Source: Eledone cirrhosa (Eukaryota). Taken from it: 64,000 bases of DNA. The notes below the pieces were generated by a model. That model made no database searches, was not told the DNA's origin, and saw only the letters and a list, made by a program, of their open reading frames with translations. The position numbers were made by a program, and so were the translations under genes. Where the stretch lies: contig OZ024740.1 of the NCBI GenBank assembly GCA_964016885.1, positions 435,674,001 through 435,738,000 of the forward strand. Direction: 5' to 3'. Shown here in pieces: positions 13,565 to 32,649 of the stretch; position 1 is the first letter of the stretch; the number at the start of each line of letters is the position of its first letter.

Positions 13565-13906
13565 CATATGGCTTAGTGGTTAGAGCATTGGCCTTGCAAT
13601 CGAAAGGTTGTGAGTTCAATTCTCAGACCGGGTGATGTGTTGTTTCCTTGAGCAAGACACTTTATTTCACATTGCTCCAGTTTACTCAGCTGTAGAAATG
13701 AGATGATAGGGACTGGGGTCCCTATCATTCCACTGCAAAGTGGTTGTGGAGGTGCCACGGCAAAAAAGCACCCAGCACTCACTGTAAATGAGGTTGGTGT
13801 TAGGAAGGGCATCCAGCTGTAGAAATCAAGCCAGCATCAGTTCCCGTCCCACCCTTGCAAGCAGGGGAAGAGGACGTAAAATGAAATGATGAATGATGAT
13901 GATGAT
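13565..13906 (+). mobile_element. tRNA-derived SINE with a CORE-like domain and an RTE-derived tail
   Basis: A-box TGGCTTAGTGG, B-box GAGTTCAATTC, CCTTGAGCAAGACACTT, tail CCGTCCCACCCTTGCAAGCAGGG...(ATG)n. Confidence 0.85.
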
Positions 13907-13923
13907 ATGTGTGTATATGTGTC

Positions 13924-13955
<32 letters not shown>

Positions 13956-13985
13956 CATATATATATATGTGTGTGTATATCTGTC

Positions 13986-14017
<32 letters not shown>

Positions 14018-14182
14018 ATATCTGTGTCTATATATATATATGCGTGTGTATATCTGTGTCTAAATATATATATGCGTGTGTATATCTGTCTATATATATA
14101 TGTGTGTGTGTATCTGTCTATATATATGTGTGTGTGTGTGTGTGTATCTGTGTCTATATATATATATATGTGTGTGTATATC

Positions 14183-14227
<45 letters not shown>

Positions 14228-15092
14228 ATATCTGAGTCTATATATATATATATGTGTGTATATCTGTGTATATATATGTGTGTGTGTATATCTGTGTCTA
14301 TATATATATATATGTGTGTGTGTATCTGTGTCTATATATATATATATATATGTGTGTGTATATCTGTGTCTATATATATATATGTGTGTGTGTATATCTG
14401 AGTCTATATATATATATAAATGTGTGTATATCTGTGTATATATATGTGTGCGTATATCTGTGTATATATATGTGTGTGTATATCTGTGTATATATATGTG
14501 TGTGTATATCTGTGTCTATATATATATATGTGTGTGTGTATCTGTGTCTATATATATATATATGTGTGTGTATATATCTGTGTCTATATATATATATAAA
14601 TGTGTGTATATCTGTGTATATATATGTGTGTGTGTATCTGTGTCTATATATATATATGTGTGTGTGTATCTGTGTCCATATATATGTGTGTATATCTGAG
14701 TCTATATATATATATAAACATAAATTATCGAGATTCGCATTTCGGCCCACAAAATAACGAAAAACAACGTCCGAGATGTGCGGCAAGTGCTCAATGATTC
14801 AGATGAACCAGAGCTATAACACTGAGACGATGGTTAAACAATCATTTGCATAGCCAAAAAAAACGATCAAGTAATTCGGGTATTGAAAATTTACCCGGAC
14901 CCCTGGAAGGTTGGTAAAATCCAGTATATGGGTTTCTGCGGCTCCTAAATCAAGTACCTTCCGCTTACATAAATAATATCAGGCTTCTGGTAAGATGATT
15001 GATATATATATATGTGTGTGTGTATCTGTGTCTATATATATATATGTGTGTGTGTGTGTATTTGTGTCTATATATATATATATATATATATG

Positions 15093-15494
15093 CCTTGCCT
15101 AAGTACAAAGCTAAACTTAGTCAGTAGGCACCTCTAACAAAAATACACCCTGGCCCTACTACCCCTACCCCATCCACACCACCCCTTCCAATGTAAAGTT
15201 ATGTTGGTACCACAACATCCAGTCTGAAACAAATGAGGTCATGTAGGTGTCACGACAAGAAAAAAAACACACAGTCCACGCTGTAATGTGGCCGTGTAGG
15301 TAACACGGTAAAAACCTCCCAGTCCACACTGTAAACGTGGTTGGTGTTAGGAAGGGCATCCAGCCGTAGAAAACTCGCCAGACAGTCCTATACGAGCAAC
15401 ACAACCAATCTTGCCTCAAGTGGGAAAATTCCCGTCCAAACCCATGCTAGCGTGGAAGATGGACGTTAAACGATGATGATGATGATCATGATGA
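15093..15494 (+). mobile_element. 3' UTR-only fragment related to RTE family C
   Basis: Reverse-complement similarity to 50828-51215 and an (ATG)n tail. Confidence 0.8.
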
Positions 15495-15576
15495 TATATA
15501 TGTGTGTGTGTGTGTATCTGTGTCTATATATATATGTGTGTGTGTGTATATCTGTGTCTATATATATATATATATT

Positions 15577-15919
15577 GAAGCACATGGCTTAGTGGTTAGA
15601 GAATTGGGCTTGCAATCGAAAGGTTGTGAGTTCAATTCTCAGACCGGGTGGTGTGTTGTTTCCTTGAGCAAGACACTTTATTTCACGTTGCTCCAGTTTA
15701 CTCAGCTGTAGAAATGAGATGATAGGGACTGGGGTCCCTATCATTCCACTGCAAAGTGGTCGTGTAGGCGCCACGGCAAAAAAATCACCCAGCACTCACT
15801 GTAAATGAGGTTGGTGTTAGGAAGGGCATCCAGCTGTAGAAATCAAGCCAGAATCAGTTCCTGTCCCACCCTTGCAAGCAAGGAAAAGGGGGGCGTAAAA
15901 TGATGATGATGATGATGAT
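15577..15919 (+). mobile_element. Second copy of the tRNA/CORE/RTE-tail SINE
   Basis: Highly similar to 13565-13906. Confidence 0.85.
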
Positions 15920-15956
15920 ATATATAGACACACACATATATATATATATATATAGA

Positions 15957-16001
<45 letters not shown>

Positions 16002-16005
<4 letters not shown>

Positions 16006-17726
16006 ATCTTCATAAAAGACTCTCTTTAACTAAACCCTGCAACCCAAAACCTTTAGAAAGTTTTTTTAAATGTTTAATTTTCAATTTTCTGTTTGTTCAA
16101 TTCTCAATCTTCTTACTCTTTAATTTTATAATGTTATTCTGAATTCTTTCAACTTCATCCTATAAATTTAAACAATATTTTAATGTTCCAACTTTCTGTC
16201 GGACTGTTGGGTTGGTTTTCCTGGCGGCGGGACCGGCCCCTTGGGGCATAGGCCTACCTTGAGTGCTCGGTAAATGAAACTACTCGGAGTGGCTTGATTC
16301 GCCCCAGGGGCCCGGTGCGCAACCGGTTTTTTTTAACCGCCATATAGTACCTTTAAATTACAGATAAAATCAGAACTATTAGATGTATCACGCCTCCCTC
16401 TACTTAAGTAAACCCCCTCCTGGGTAAAGGAATAGTACTGGTTTGGTACAAGGATGGCCTAACGATGTGGGCTGACTTTCTGCTCTGCGCACCTGAAGCC
16501 TGTTATACATTCCTAGAGTGCTCGGAAAAATCGATTTCCATATCTTTCGCTAGGCGATATCACTCAGAGTGATGGGCTGCGCAAGCTTGTAGTCACCGCA
16601 TGCTGTTTGATGGCTAAACAAAGACAATCTTTACTCTATAATAAAATTTAAGTGTCTTCATAAAAGACTCTTTCTTTGCTTAAACCTCGCAACCTTAAAA
16701 ATGTTAAACTGTTTAACTTGCAATTTTCTAATTTCTTTAATTTTATAATGTTAATATTAAATATTAATCTTTAACTTCATCCTATAAGTCTAAACAGAAA
16801 TGTAATGTTCCAATCTTCTGCTCACATATTATAACATACAGACCCCCACTATATTTACCTCTGCTAAGATACGGGTCCCTTTGAACATTTTTTTCGCGCC
16901 ATTCCTGGCCTGACTGTAGTCTGACATTAATATCGACCTTTCTTCCTCTTTCTTTCTATCTTTCTTCTTGTCGCCATCAACCCTGACTTTTCTACTTCTT
17001 CCTTTTCTTCCTTCTCTTCTCCCTTCTTTCTGTCTCCCTCCCGCTGACTTATCTTCCTTCCCCTTTTTGTTTGCCTATATTTGACCGGTAGTAGTTGTTA
17101 AGATACGGGTCCCTTAGAATAAAAAAATGTTCGCGACATTCCTGGCCTGACTGTAATACCGACCGTTCCTCCTCTTTCTTTCTGTCTTTCTTCTTATAGC
17201 TGCCCTTAACCCTGACTTCTCTTCTTCTTCCTTCCCCCTTCTTCTGTCTTCTTTCTTTCTTTCTCTCTTTTTTCTTGTGGCACGATATTAACGCTGACTT
17301 ATGTTCCTATCCCTTTCTATTTTCCTTTATTTGACTGGTAGTAGCACACTGTAAGCTTTAGCCACGTCACTTGAGGGCGATCGGCAAAGGTAGAAGATGC
17401 TGGATGGCGGTCACCCTCGGGTCTTTGATTTTCAGCCCCATGGATTTTATCTATTACATTCAAGTATTATATTTCGAATACCTGATGATATCACCGGATT
17501 CATACGGAACCCGGTCATTGAAATGATCATAGTATAATAAACCTTTCAAGGATTTACACAAATCCAGCCTCCTGTCATTTCATTAAAATATTTAACTCCG
17601 TAATAGCACCACCAACTACACAAACGAAGGCGGTTGAGCTGCTTTACGTTGAGTACTCTCCATATTATTACATTGAGACTGACCATACGGAATTGACCAG
17701 CTCTATCCAGTGGTGAACCTCAAACC

Positions 17727-17730
<4 letters not shown>
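16002..17730 (+). other. Non-coding insert, probably the 3' UTR/pLTR of a PLE. Diverged direct repeats at 16004-16200/16655-16822 and 16865-17094/17099-17344, with a hammerhead near the 3' end
   Basis: Flanked by (TA)n on both sides. Repeats seen directly. Hammerhead at 17478. Confidence 0.5.
17478..17535 (+). ncRNA. Type I hammerhead ribozyme motif
   Basis: ATAC-CTGATGA-stem II (ACCGG/CCGGT)-GAAA-TGATCA (palindrome)-TA-GTAT. Confidence 0.8.
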
Positions 17731-17815
<85 letters not shown>

Positions 17816-18095
17816 AGATCAAAAGATGGTTAAAAGAGTTCCAAGTATCATCATGAGATGACATTTGCGTTTTCATCAGATAAAATAGGGAGACATGATA
17901 TGAAGGTTAAAAAACACTTGTGAATAGTGCACTTTTAAATCAACATATGGAAAGTAATTTAAGATTGATGTGTGAAACAATATATTTTTCTTAGTTATAA
18001 AGGCTATCTCTCTCTTTCTATCACCCATCTCTCCTCCTATCTCATCCTTCCTTATTATACTCCTATATATATATATATATGTCTATATATATATA

Positions 18096-24023
<5,928 letters not shown>

Positions 24024-24483
24024 GAAAAGTGTAATTTTCTACACAAAACGAAGGTTATAGAGAAAATTGAGGTTGGTAATGGCACATGGAATATATAAGA
24101 GACAGAATACTTTTTTGTGAAAAAACATAATTTTATAAGGTAAGGAAATAATAAAGGGTATAAAAAATGACCGGTTTCGATGGGTCTGCAAAAGCCATCT
24201 TTTCAAATGTTGATTAATATTAAGAAAAATTAATAATACGAAGAGTTAAAATTTGAGACTTGAAAATTCAAGTATAAAATTCATTGTGGGATTTCATAGC
24301 AGTTTTCATCTAGGTAGCAACAACAGGTTGACTGCTGTGTCCCTTTCTGGTAGTGAATGAGAAGTTATTTGGGGTGTGGGTTATTTTATAAAGGTCAGAT
24401 TTAGCAATAGCCAGCTGCTGGTCAGTGAGGGGGTGGAAGCAATATACACACACATACCTTCATCCACACATACATACACATAC

Positions 24484-24526
<43 letters not shown>

Positions 24527-24595
24527 CACACATACATACACACACACATACATATACATACACACATACACACACACACACATATATATACACAT

Positions 24596-24652
<57 letters not shown>

Positions 24653-24683
24653 TATATATACATACACATACATCCAGATACAC

Positions 24684-24722
<39 letters not shown>

Positions 24723-24727
24723 TATAT

Positions 24728-24791
<64 letters not shown>

Positions 24792-27700
24792 CCCCACACA
24801 TACATACACACACACATATATATATACATACACACATACAAACATACACACACACACACACACACATATATATACACACATACACACACATATATATATA
24901 CACACACACACACACATGCATATATATATATATATACACATACGCATACATCCAGATACCCACATACATACATACACACACACACACACGCACACACAAT
25001 ACATACATCCACATGCACACACATACTCACACACACACACACACACATACATACACCCACACACAGAGAAATGGCCTTCAAATATATATATATATATACA
25101 TACACACACAGACACATATATTTTTTCCATAATATAAGAAGTTGGGGCAGTGAAATTAAAATAATTCTGTGTGCGCATATATACATAGATATACGTGTGT
25201 GCACGTGCAGGGTTTAACATGGATGTGTTGGTCACACAAAGGCATGGTCTGTCAATGAATAAACCTGATTCTACAGAATTGGTCTCTGGTCTTTAATAGT
25301 AGTGATTCCGTGCGTATGTGTGTTTATATTTTATGACAATTCTATTGGGGTGATAACCCGTTTAGTTTTGGTTTAAATTTGTTAAGGAATAGATTTTCTT
25401 TGTTTATTCTTTGTTGTTGTGTGAACGAATCTGAGCACTTGTAGAAGGGGAAGATTTTAAAGTTGGGTAGTGTCATTCCTGCGCAGTTCGCAATATGGCT
25501 GCTCAAGGGGATTTTTCTTGTGTTAGCGTCCCGGATTTGTTGGCGGTGGATGGTCATTCTTTTGCGTAATGAGGTGCCCGTCTGTCCTATGTAGTTGTGT
25601 TTGCACCCACCGCAAGTTATTGCGTAAATCAAGTTCTCCGAGTTGCAGGTGAAATTGTTTTTTACTGTAAATGTTTGGCCATCTTTGAATGTAAATGTTT
25701 GTCCTTCAGTGAGGTAGAGGCACGTTCCACAGTTTGTTCTACCACATTTGGTAACTGTAGGGTTGAGGATTGGTTTGGGTATATTTGGTCCAGTGAGAAT
25801 GCGTTTAAGTGATTTGGGTTGTCTTTTACTTTTAAGGATCTTGTGTGTTTCAAGAATAGACTTCATTTTTACATCTTTAAGTAGGATGGGGAGGTTTTTG
25901 TGTAGGTGATCAAACATTTCGGTATTTCTGGGGTTGAAAGTGGATACATATGGCAGGGTGTTGAGTGTGGTTTTCTGTTTTGGATTGTTAAGTTGATGGG
26001 GATTTAGGTGTTTTGCCCTGTCTATTCCATTGTTGATTATTTCAAGTGGAAAGGCTCTTAAGATAAGGGTGTCTTTTAGTTCCTTTAGTCTTTGCTCCCG
26101 TTTAGGTGGATCTGATACTATGGTACATATACGTTTGGCCAAATTGTAAGGAATGTTAAGTTTTGTATGTTTTGGGTGACTTGATGTGAAAAAGAGGTAT
26201 TGCTTGGAATCTGTGGGTTTATAGAATATATCTGTATCTAATTTCCCGTCTATTACAGAGATGAGAATATCCAAGAAGGCTAATGCCTTAGGATTGGATT
26301 CCATTGTGAATTGTATGTTATTATCTATGTTGTTTATCATGTTTTTAAACGTAGTAAGTGAGTTCATGTCTTCTTGCCATAGGATAAAGCAGTCGTCTAG
26401 ATATCTTTTCCAATTGGCTTTGAGGTGTGTGTGGAAAGAGTCTCCAAATAAGAGAAGGGACTGACTGTATATTTGTTGTTCATGGAATCCCATGACTAGG
26501 TTGGCATATGTGGGTGCTACTTTCGTGCCCATTGCCGTACCTGATACTTGTCTGTATGTTGAACCATTGAATGTGAAGTAGTTATTTTGTAGGATAAAGC
26601 GGAGTCCGTCAGTGATAAAATCTGTGTTGATGCGTGTCGGTATTTCTGATGGGTGTGTGTTAAGCCAGTATTGGACTGCTGTTATTCCATAGTTGTGAGG
26701 TATGTTTGTGTAGAGGTTTATTACGTCAAAGGAGACAAGAATTGTATTTGCACTTACTGTTTTAGGGAGGTGTTTCAGCATGTCAAGGTCATCTCGTATG
26801 TAGCTCTGTATATGTTGTAGAAAGGGTTTCAGTAGGATGTCCAGAAAGTTGCTAAGTCTGTGGGTTTCACATGTAGGGCCTGCTATAATTGGCCTGAGTT
26901 TTAGGTCTTCTGGTGGTGTTAGTTCAATGTAATTGTTGGTTGAGGTGTCACATGCATCGTTTATGGGTTTACATTTGTGAAGTTTCGGTAAGCCGTAAAA
27001 AGAGCTTGTATTGCATTTGAAGTGGCTTATATAGTTAAACTCTTTTGTGGTTAAGCTGTTGCGGTATTTATTCAGTAAGGTCAAAAGGTTCCCCATTGTT
27101 TTGGTGTGTTTGTAGTTTTCTGTTTTTTCATAGTATGTGTTGTTTTCTAAAATGTTAAGTGCGAGGGTCCTATAGTAGTCCGTATTCATAATCACAACAG
27201 TACTGCCTTTATCGGCTTCTTTGATAGTTATCTCAGGGTTGTTTCTAAGTGTGAATAATTCTTCCCATTCGTGTGTAGATAGGTTTGATTTCGTGTGTTT
27301 ATTTGTAATTGTTTCATAGGGAAAGTTGGTGATGTGTTCGCAGTACGTGTCCAGTGCTTTATTTCTTCCCTTTTGTGGGCAGAAATTGCTTTTATTTCTA
27401 ACCAGTGATTCGTCTTCAGTGTTGGTGTCGTTGTGGAAGAATTCCGTTAGTCGCAGCTTTCGGCAGTATTCCATGATGTCATCCTTCATTTCGGGGAAGT
27501 TTGGTTTACGTGGTGTAGGTGTAAATTTCAGGCCCTTACTTAAAATGTTGATTTGTGTGTTGGTTAGAGGTGTCTTTGAGAGGTTGCTTTCGGGGGACAC
27601 AGTTGGCTCCCGGCAGGGGTGAGCCTCATAAGTTGGAATGACTATTTCAACACGTCTCCCTCACTATTTTCCAATGTCTATATATATATATATATGTCTA

Positions 27701-28256
27701 TATATATATATATATGTCTATATATATATATATATGTCTATATATATATATATATGTCTATATATATATATATATGTAGAATCAGGTTTATTCATTGACA
27801 GACCATGCCTTTGTGTGACCAACACATCCATGTTAAACCCTGCACGTGCACACACGTATATCTATGTATATATGCGCACACAGAATTATTTTAATTTCAC
27901 TGCCCCAACTTCTTATATTATGGAAAAAATATATGTGTCTGTGTGTGTATGTATATATATATATATATTTGAAGGCCATTTCTCTGTGTGTGGGTGTATG
28001 TATGTGTGTGTGTGTGTGTGTGAGTATGTGTGTGCATGTGGATGTATGTATTGTGTGTGCGTGTGTGTGTGTGTGTATGTATGTATGTGGGTATCTGGAT
28101 GTATGCGTATGTGTATATATATATATATATGCATGTGTGTGTGTGTGTGTATATATATATGTGTGTGTATGTGTGTATATATATGTGTGTGTGTGTGTGT
28201 GTGTATGTTTGTATGTGTGTATGTATATATATATGTGTGTGTGTATGTATGTGTGG

Positions 28257-28330
<74 letters not shown>

Positions 28331-28403
28331 ATGTGTATATATATGTGTGTGTGTGTGTGTGTATGTGTGTATGTATATGTATGTGTGTGTGTATGTATGT
28401 GTG

Positions 28404-28446
<43 letters not shown>

Positions 28447-28865
28447 GTATGTGTATGTATGTGTGGATGAAGGTATGTGTGTGTATATTGCTTCCACCCC
28501 CTCACTGACCAGCAGCTGGCTATTGCTAAATCTGACCTTTATAAAATAACCCACACCCCAAATAACTTCTCATTCACTACCAGAAAGGGACACAGCAGTC
28601 AACCTGTTGTTGCTACCTAGATGAAAACTGCTATGAAATCCCACAATGAATTTTATACTTGAATTTTCAAGTCTCAAATTTAACTCTTCGTATTATTAAT
28701 TTTTCTTAATATTAATCAACATTTGAAAAGATGGCTTTTGCAGACCCATCGAAACCGGTCATTTTTTATACCCTTTATTATTTCCTTACCTTATAAAATT
28801 ATGTTTTTTCACAAAAAAGTATTCTGTCTCTTATATATTCCATGTGCCATTACCAACCTCAATTT

Positions 28866-28870
<5 letters not shown>
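24024..28870 (-). mobile_element. Penelope-like element 1 (Neptune-like), 5'-truncated, with an inverted pLTR copy at 27777-28870
   Basis: RT plus GIY-YIG ORF. 27777-28870 is an inverted near-identical copy of about 24058-25274. Hammerheads at 24164-24211 (-) and 28718-28765 (+). Confidence 0.92.
25342..27600 (-). CDS. PLE reverse transcriptase-GIY-YIG endonuclease, 752 aa uninterrupted (no ATG before the conserved N-terminus)
   Basis: ADKGSTVVIM, SFDVINLYTNI, GTAMGTKVAP, WKRYLDD, FLDI, CGRTNCGTC, LIYAITC...YIGQTG. Confidence 0.93.
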   Translation of the reverse strand: MSPESNLSKTPLTNTQINILSKGLKFTPTPRKPNFPEMKDDIMEYCRKLRLTEFFHNDTNTEDESLVRNKSNFCPQKGRNKALDTYCEHITNFPYETITNKHTKSNLSTHEWEELFTLRNNPEITIKEADKGSTVVIMNTDYYRTLALNILENNTYYEKTENYKHTKTMGNLLTLLNKYRNSLTTKEFNYISHFKCNTSSFYGLPKLHKCKPINDACDTSTNNYIELTPPEDLKLRPIIAGPTCETHRLSNFLDILLKPFLQHIQSYIRDDLDMLKHLPKTVSANTILVSFDVINLYTNIPHNYGITAVQYWLNTHPSEIPTRINTDFITDGLRFILQNNYFTFNGSTYRQVSGTAMGTKVAPTYANLVMGFHEQQIYSQSLLLFGDSFHTHLKANWKRYLDDCFILWQEDMNSLTTFKNMINNIDNNIQFTMESNPKALAFLDILISVIDGKLDTDIFYKPTDSKQYLFFTSSHPKHTKLNIPYNLAKRICTIVSDPPKREQRLKELKDTLILRAFPLEIINNGIDRAKHLNPHQLNNPKQKTTLNTLPYVSTFNPRNTEMFDHLHKNLPILLKDVKMKSILETHKILKSKRQPKSLKRILTGPNIPKPILNPTVTKCGRTNCGTCLYLTEGQTFTFKDGQTFTVKNNFTCNSENLIYAITCGGCKHNYIGQTGTSLRKRMTIHRQQIRDANTRKIPLSSHIANCAGMTLPNFKIFPFYKCSDSFTQQQRINKENLFLNKFKPKLNGLSPQ

Positions 28871-31345
<2,475 letters not shown>

Positions 31346-31508
31346 ATATAATTAGTAAATTTGTATTCCAATGTTACTAAGTAGTTGCATTGGATGGGGT
31401 CAACCGACGTCAGAGATTGCTCAACGTATAATAAAGTGTGTTTTAAAATCCGGAGAAAATATGAAGAAGAAGTTTACGAAATGGAAATGCGGGTATACAG
31501 AATTTATT

Positions 31509-31625
31509 AGGTAACAATTGTTTCTATAGTGTATGGGTTACCTATACCTCGCTATTTGAATAATATAAAAATATTATCATAAACCGAAGGTACACTGTAA
31601 GCAAACACACCATGTCATCAGACCT
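31509..31625 (-). ncRNA. Type I hammerhead motif with a very long stem II, in an orphan pLTR-like segment (31350-32030)
   Basis: AGGT-CTGATGA-c-ATGGTGTGT...ATACACTAT-a-GAAA-CAATTG-TT-ACCT. Confidence 0.7.
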
Positions 31626-32649
31626 TTGTATTGGAATGATATGAAAATATTTTATACACTAGATAAAAGATAAAGAAGGAGGTAGGAAGAGAAGGGAAGA
31701 GGGAAGTGAGTAAGGTGGAGGGAGTCTTAGGATTTAAGACTGTCAGACTAGTAGAGATTGCGAGGAGAGAATGTTTTGGCAGCAGTTAGCTTAATGAGGC
31801 GTGTTAGGGTTGGCGGGGAAGTAAATTCTTCTAGTGGTGTTGTTCGGACAAAATTTAGTTAAAGGGGTCAAAGTGGTACAGTGTCACAGACAGGTTATTA
31901 GTAGCAGGTTATTTCTAAAAGGGTCCAGAAAAACAGTGTTTAGTACTATTATTATAGAAAGCCATATCTTGTGTATAAACATATAAAACAGAAATTTGCA
32001 AACGGTGGTGTAAAAGGTAACATTATATGCATTTAAAAAAGAAATGACCTAGGTTTGCTTTCAGGTTTAGATTGTTTTTTTGTCCAGTTTCTTGTGGGCA
32101 ATCTCTGTTGAGATCTTGAGAGTGATCTGGTTATTCTACGTTTTGTTTCCACATTCCTTGTTGGTAGTCTCTGTTGAGATCTTGAGAATGATCTCCTGGT
32201 TTTACTACTTCTCATGGTCTGGTCAAAGGAATATCTATCGTGTTTGTGCTTTTTGTTCATGTTGTGTGCGATAGGGTGTTTTTGTAGAAAAAGCGAAGAG
32301 TTATTACCGTAGTTCTTCTTTGATTCAAGGTAAGGTGAGTGTTTGTGTTGGCACGTGTTAGATTGCCCACAAGAAACTGGACGAAAAAACGATCTAAACC
32401 TGAAAGCAAACCTAGGTCATTTTCCCAGATTGTTAAAAATAATGCTAACAGGAAGAAAAATAATATACAGAATACCAAAAATAGGACAAAATACATAACA
32501 AAACCAAATATAATATCACGACCAAAAGTTCATCAAGCGAACACCAACAGGAATATAAATCCTGAACAGAGAAAAATTCATTTTTTAACGTCAGGACAAC
32601 AAAAACCGGAAAAGAAAAACTCCAGGAGAAAACATACCCAAAACAGCTG

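Larger units (their letters stand above)
9325..15575. repeat. Compound microsatellite field (TA)n(TG)m-TATCTGTGTC, interrupted by insertions
   Basis: Direct reading. The ORFs here are artefacts. Confidence 0.95.

Noticed and set aside
13568-13640. tRNA gene
   Set aside because: A and B boxes are present, but the sequence continues into a SINE body and tail and is duplicated at 15585.
14718-15000. Possible hammerhead in an unassigned insert (TTGAAAA-TTTACC..GGTAAA)
   Set aside because: GAAA and stem III are missing. The insert is left unclassified.
16002-16625. Telomerase RNA or H/ACA snoRNA
   Set aside because: No convincing CUAACCCU template or pseudoknot, and H/ACA box spacing does not fit.
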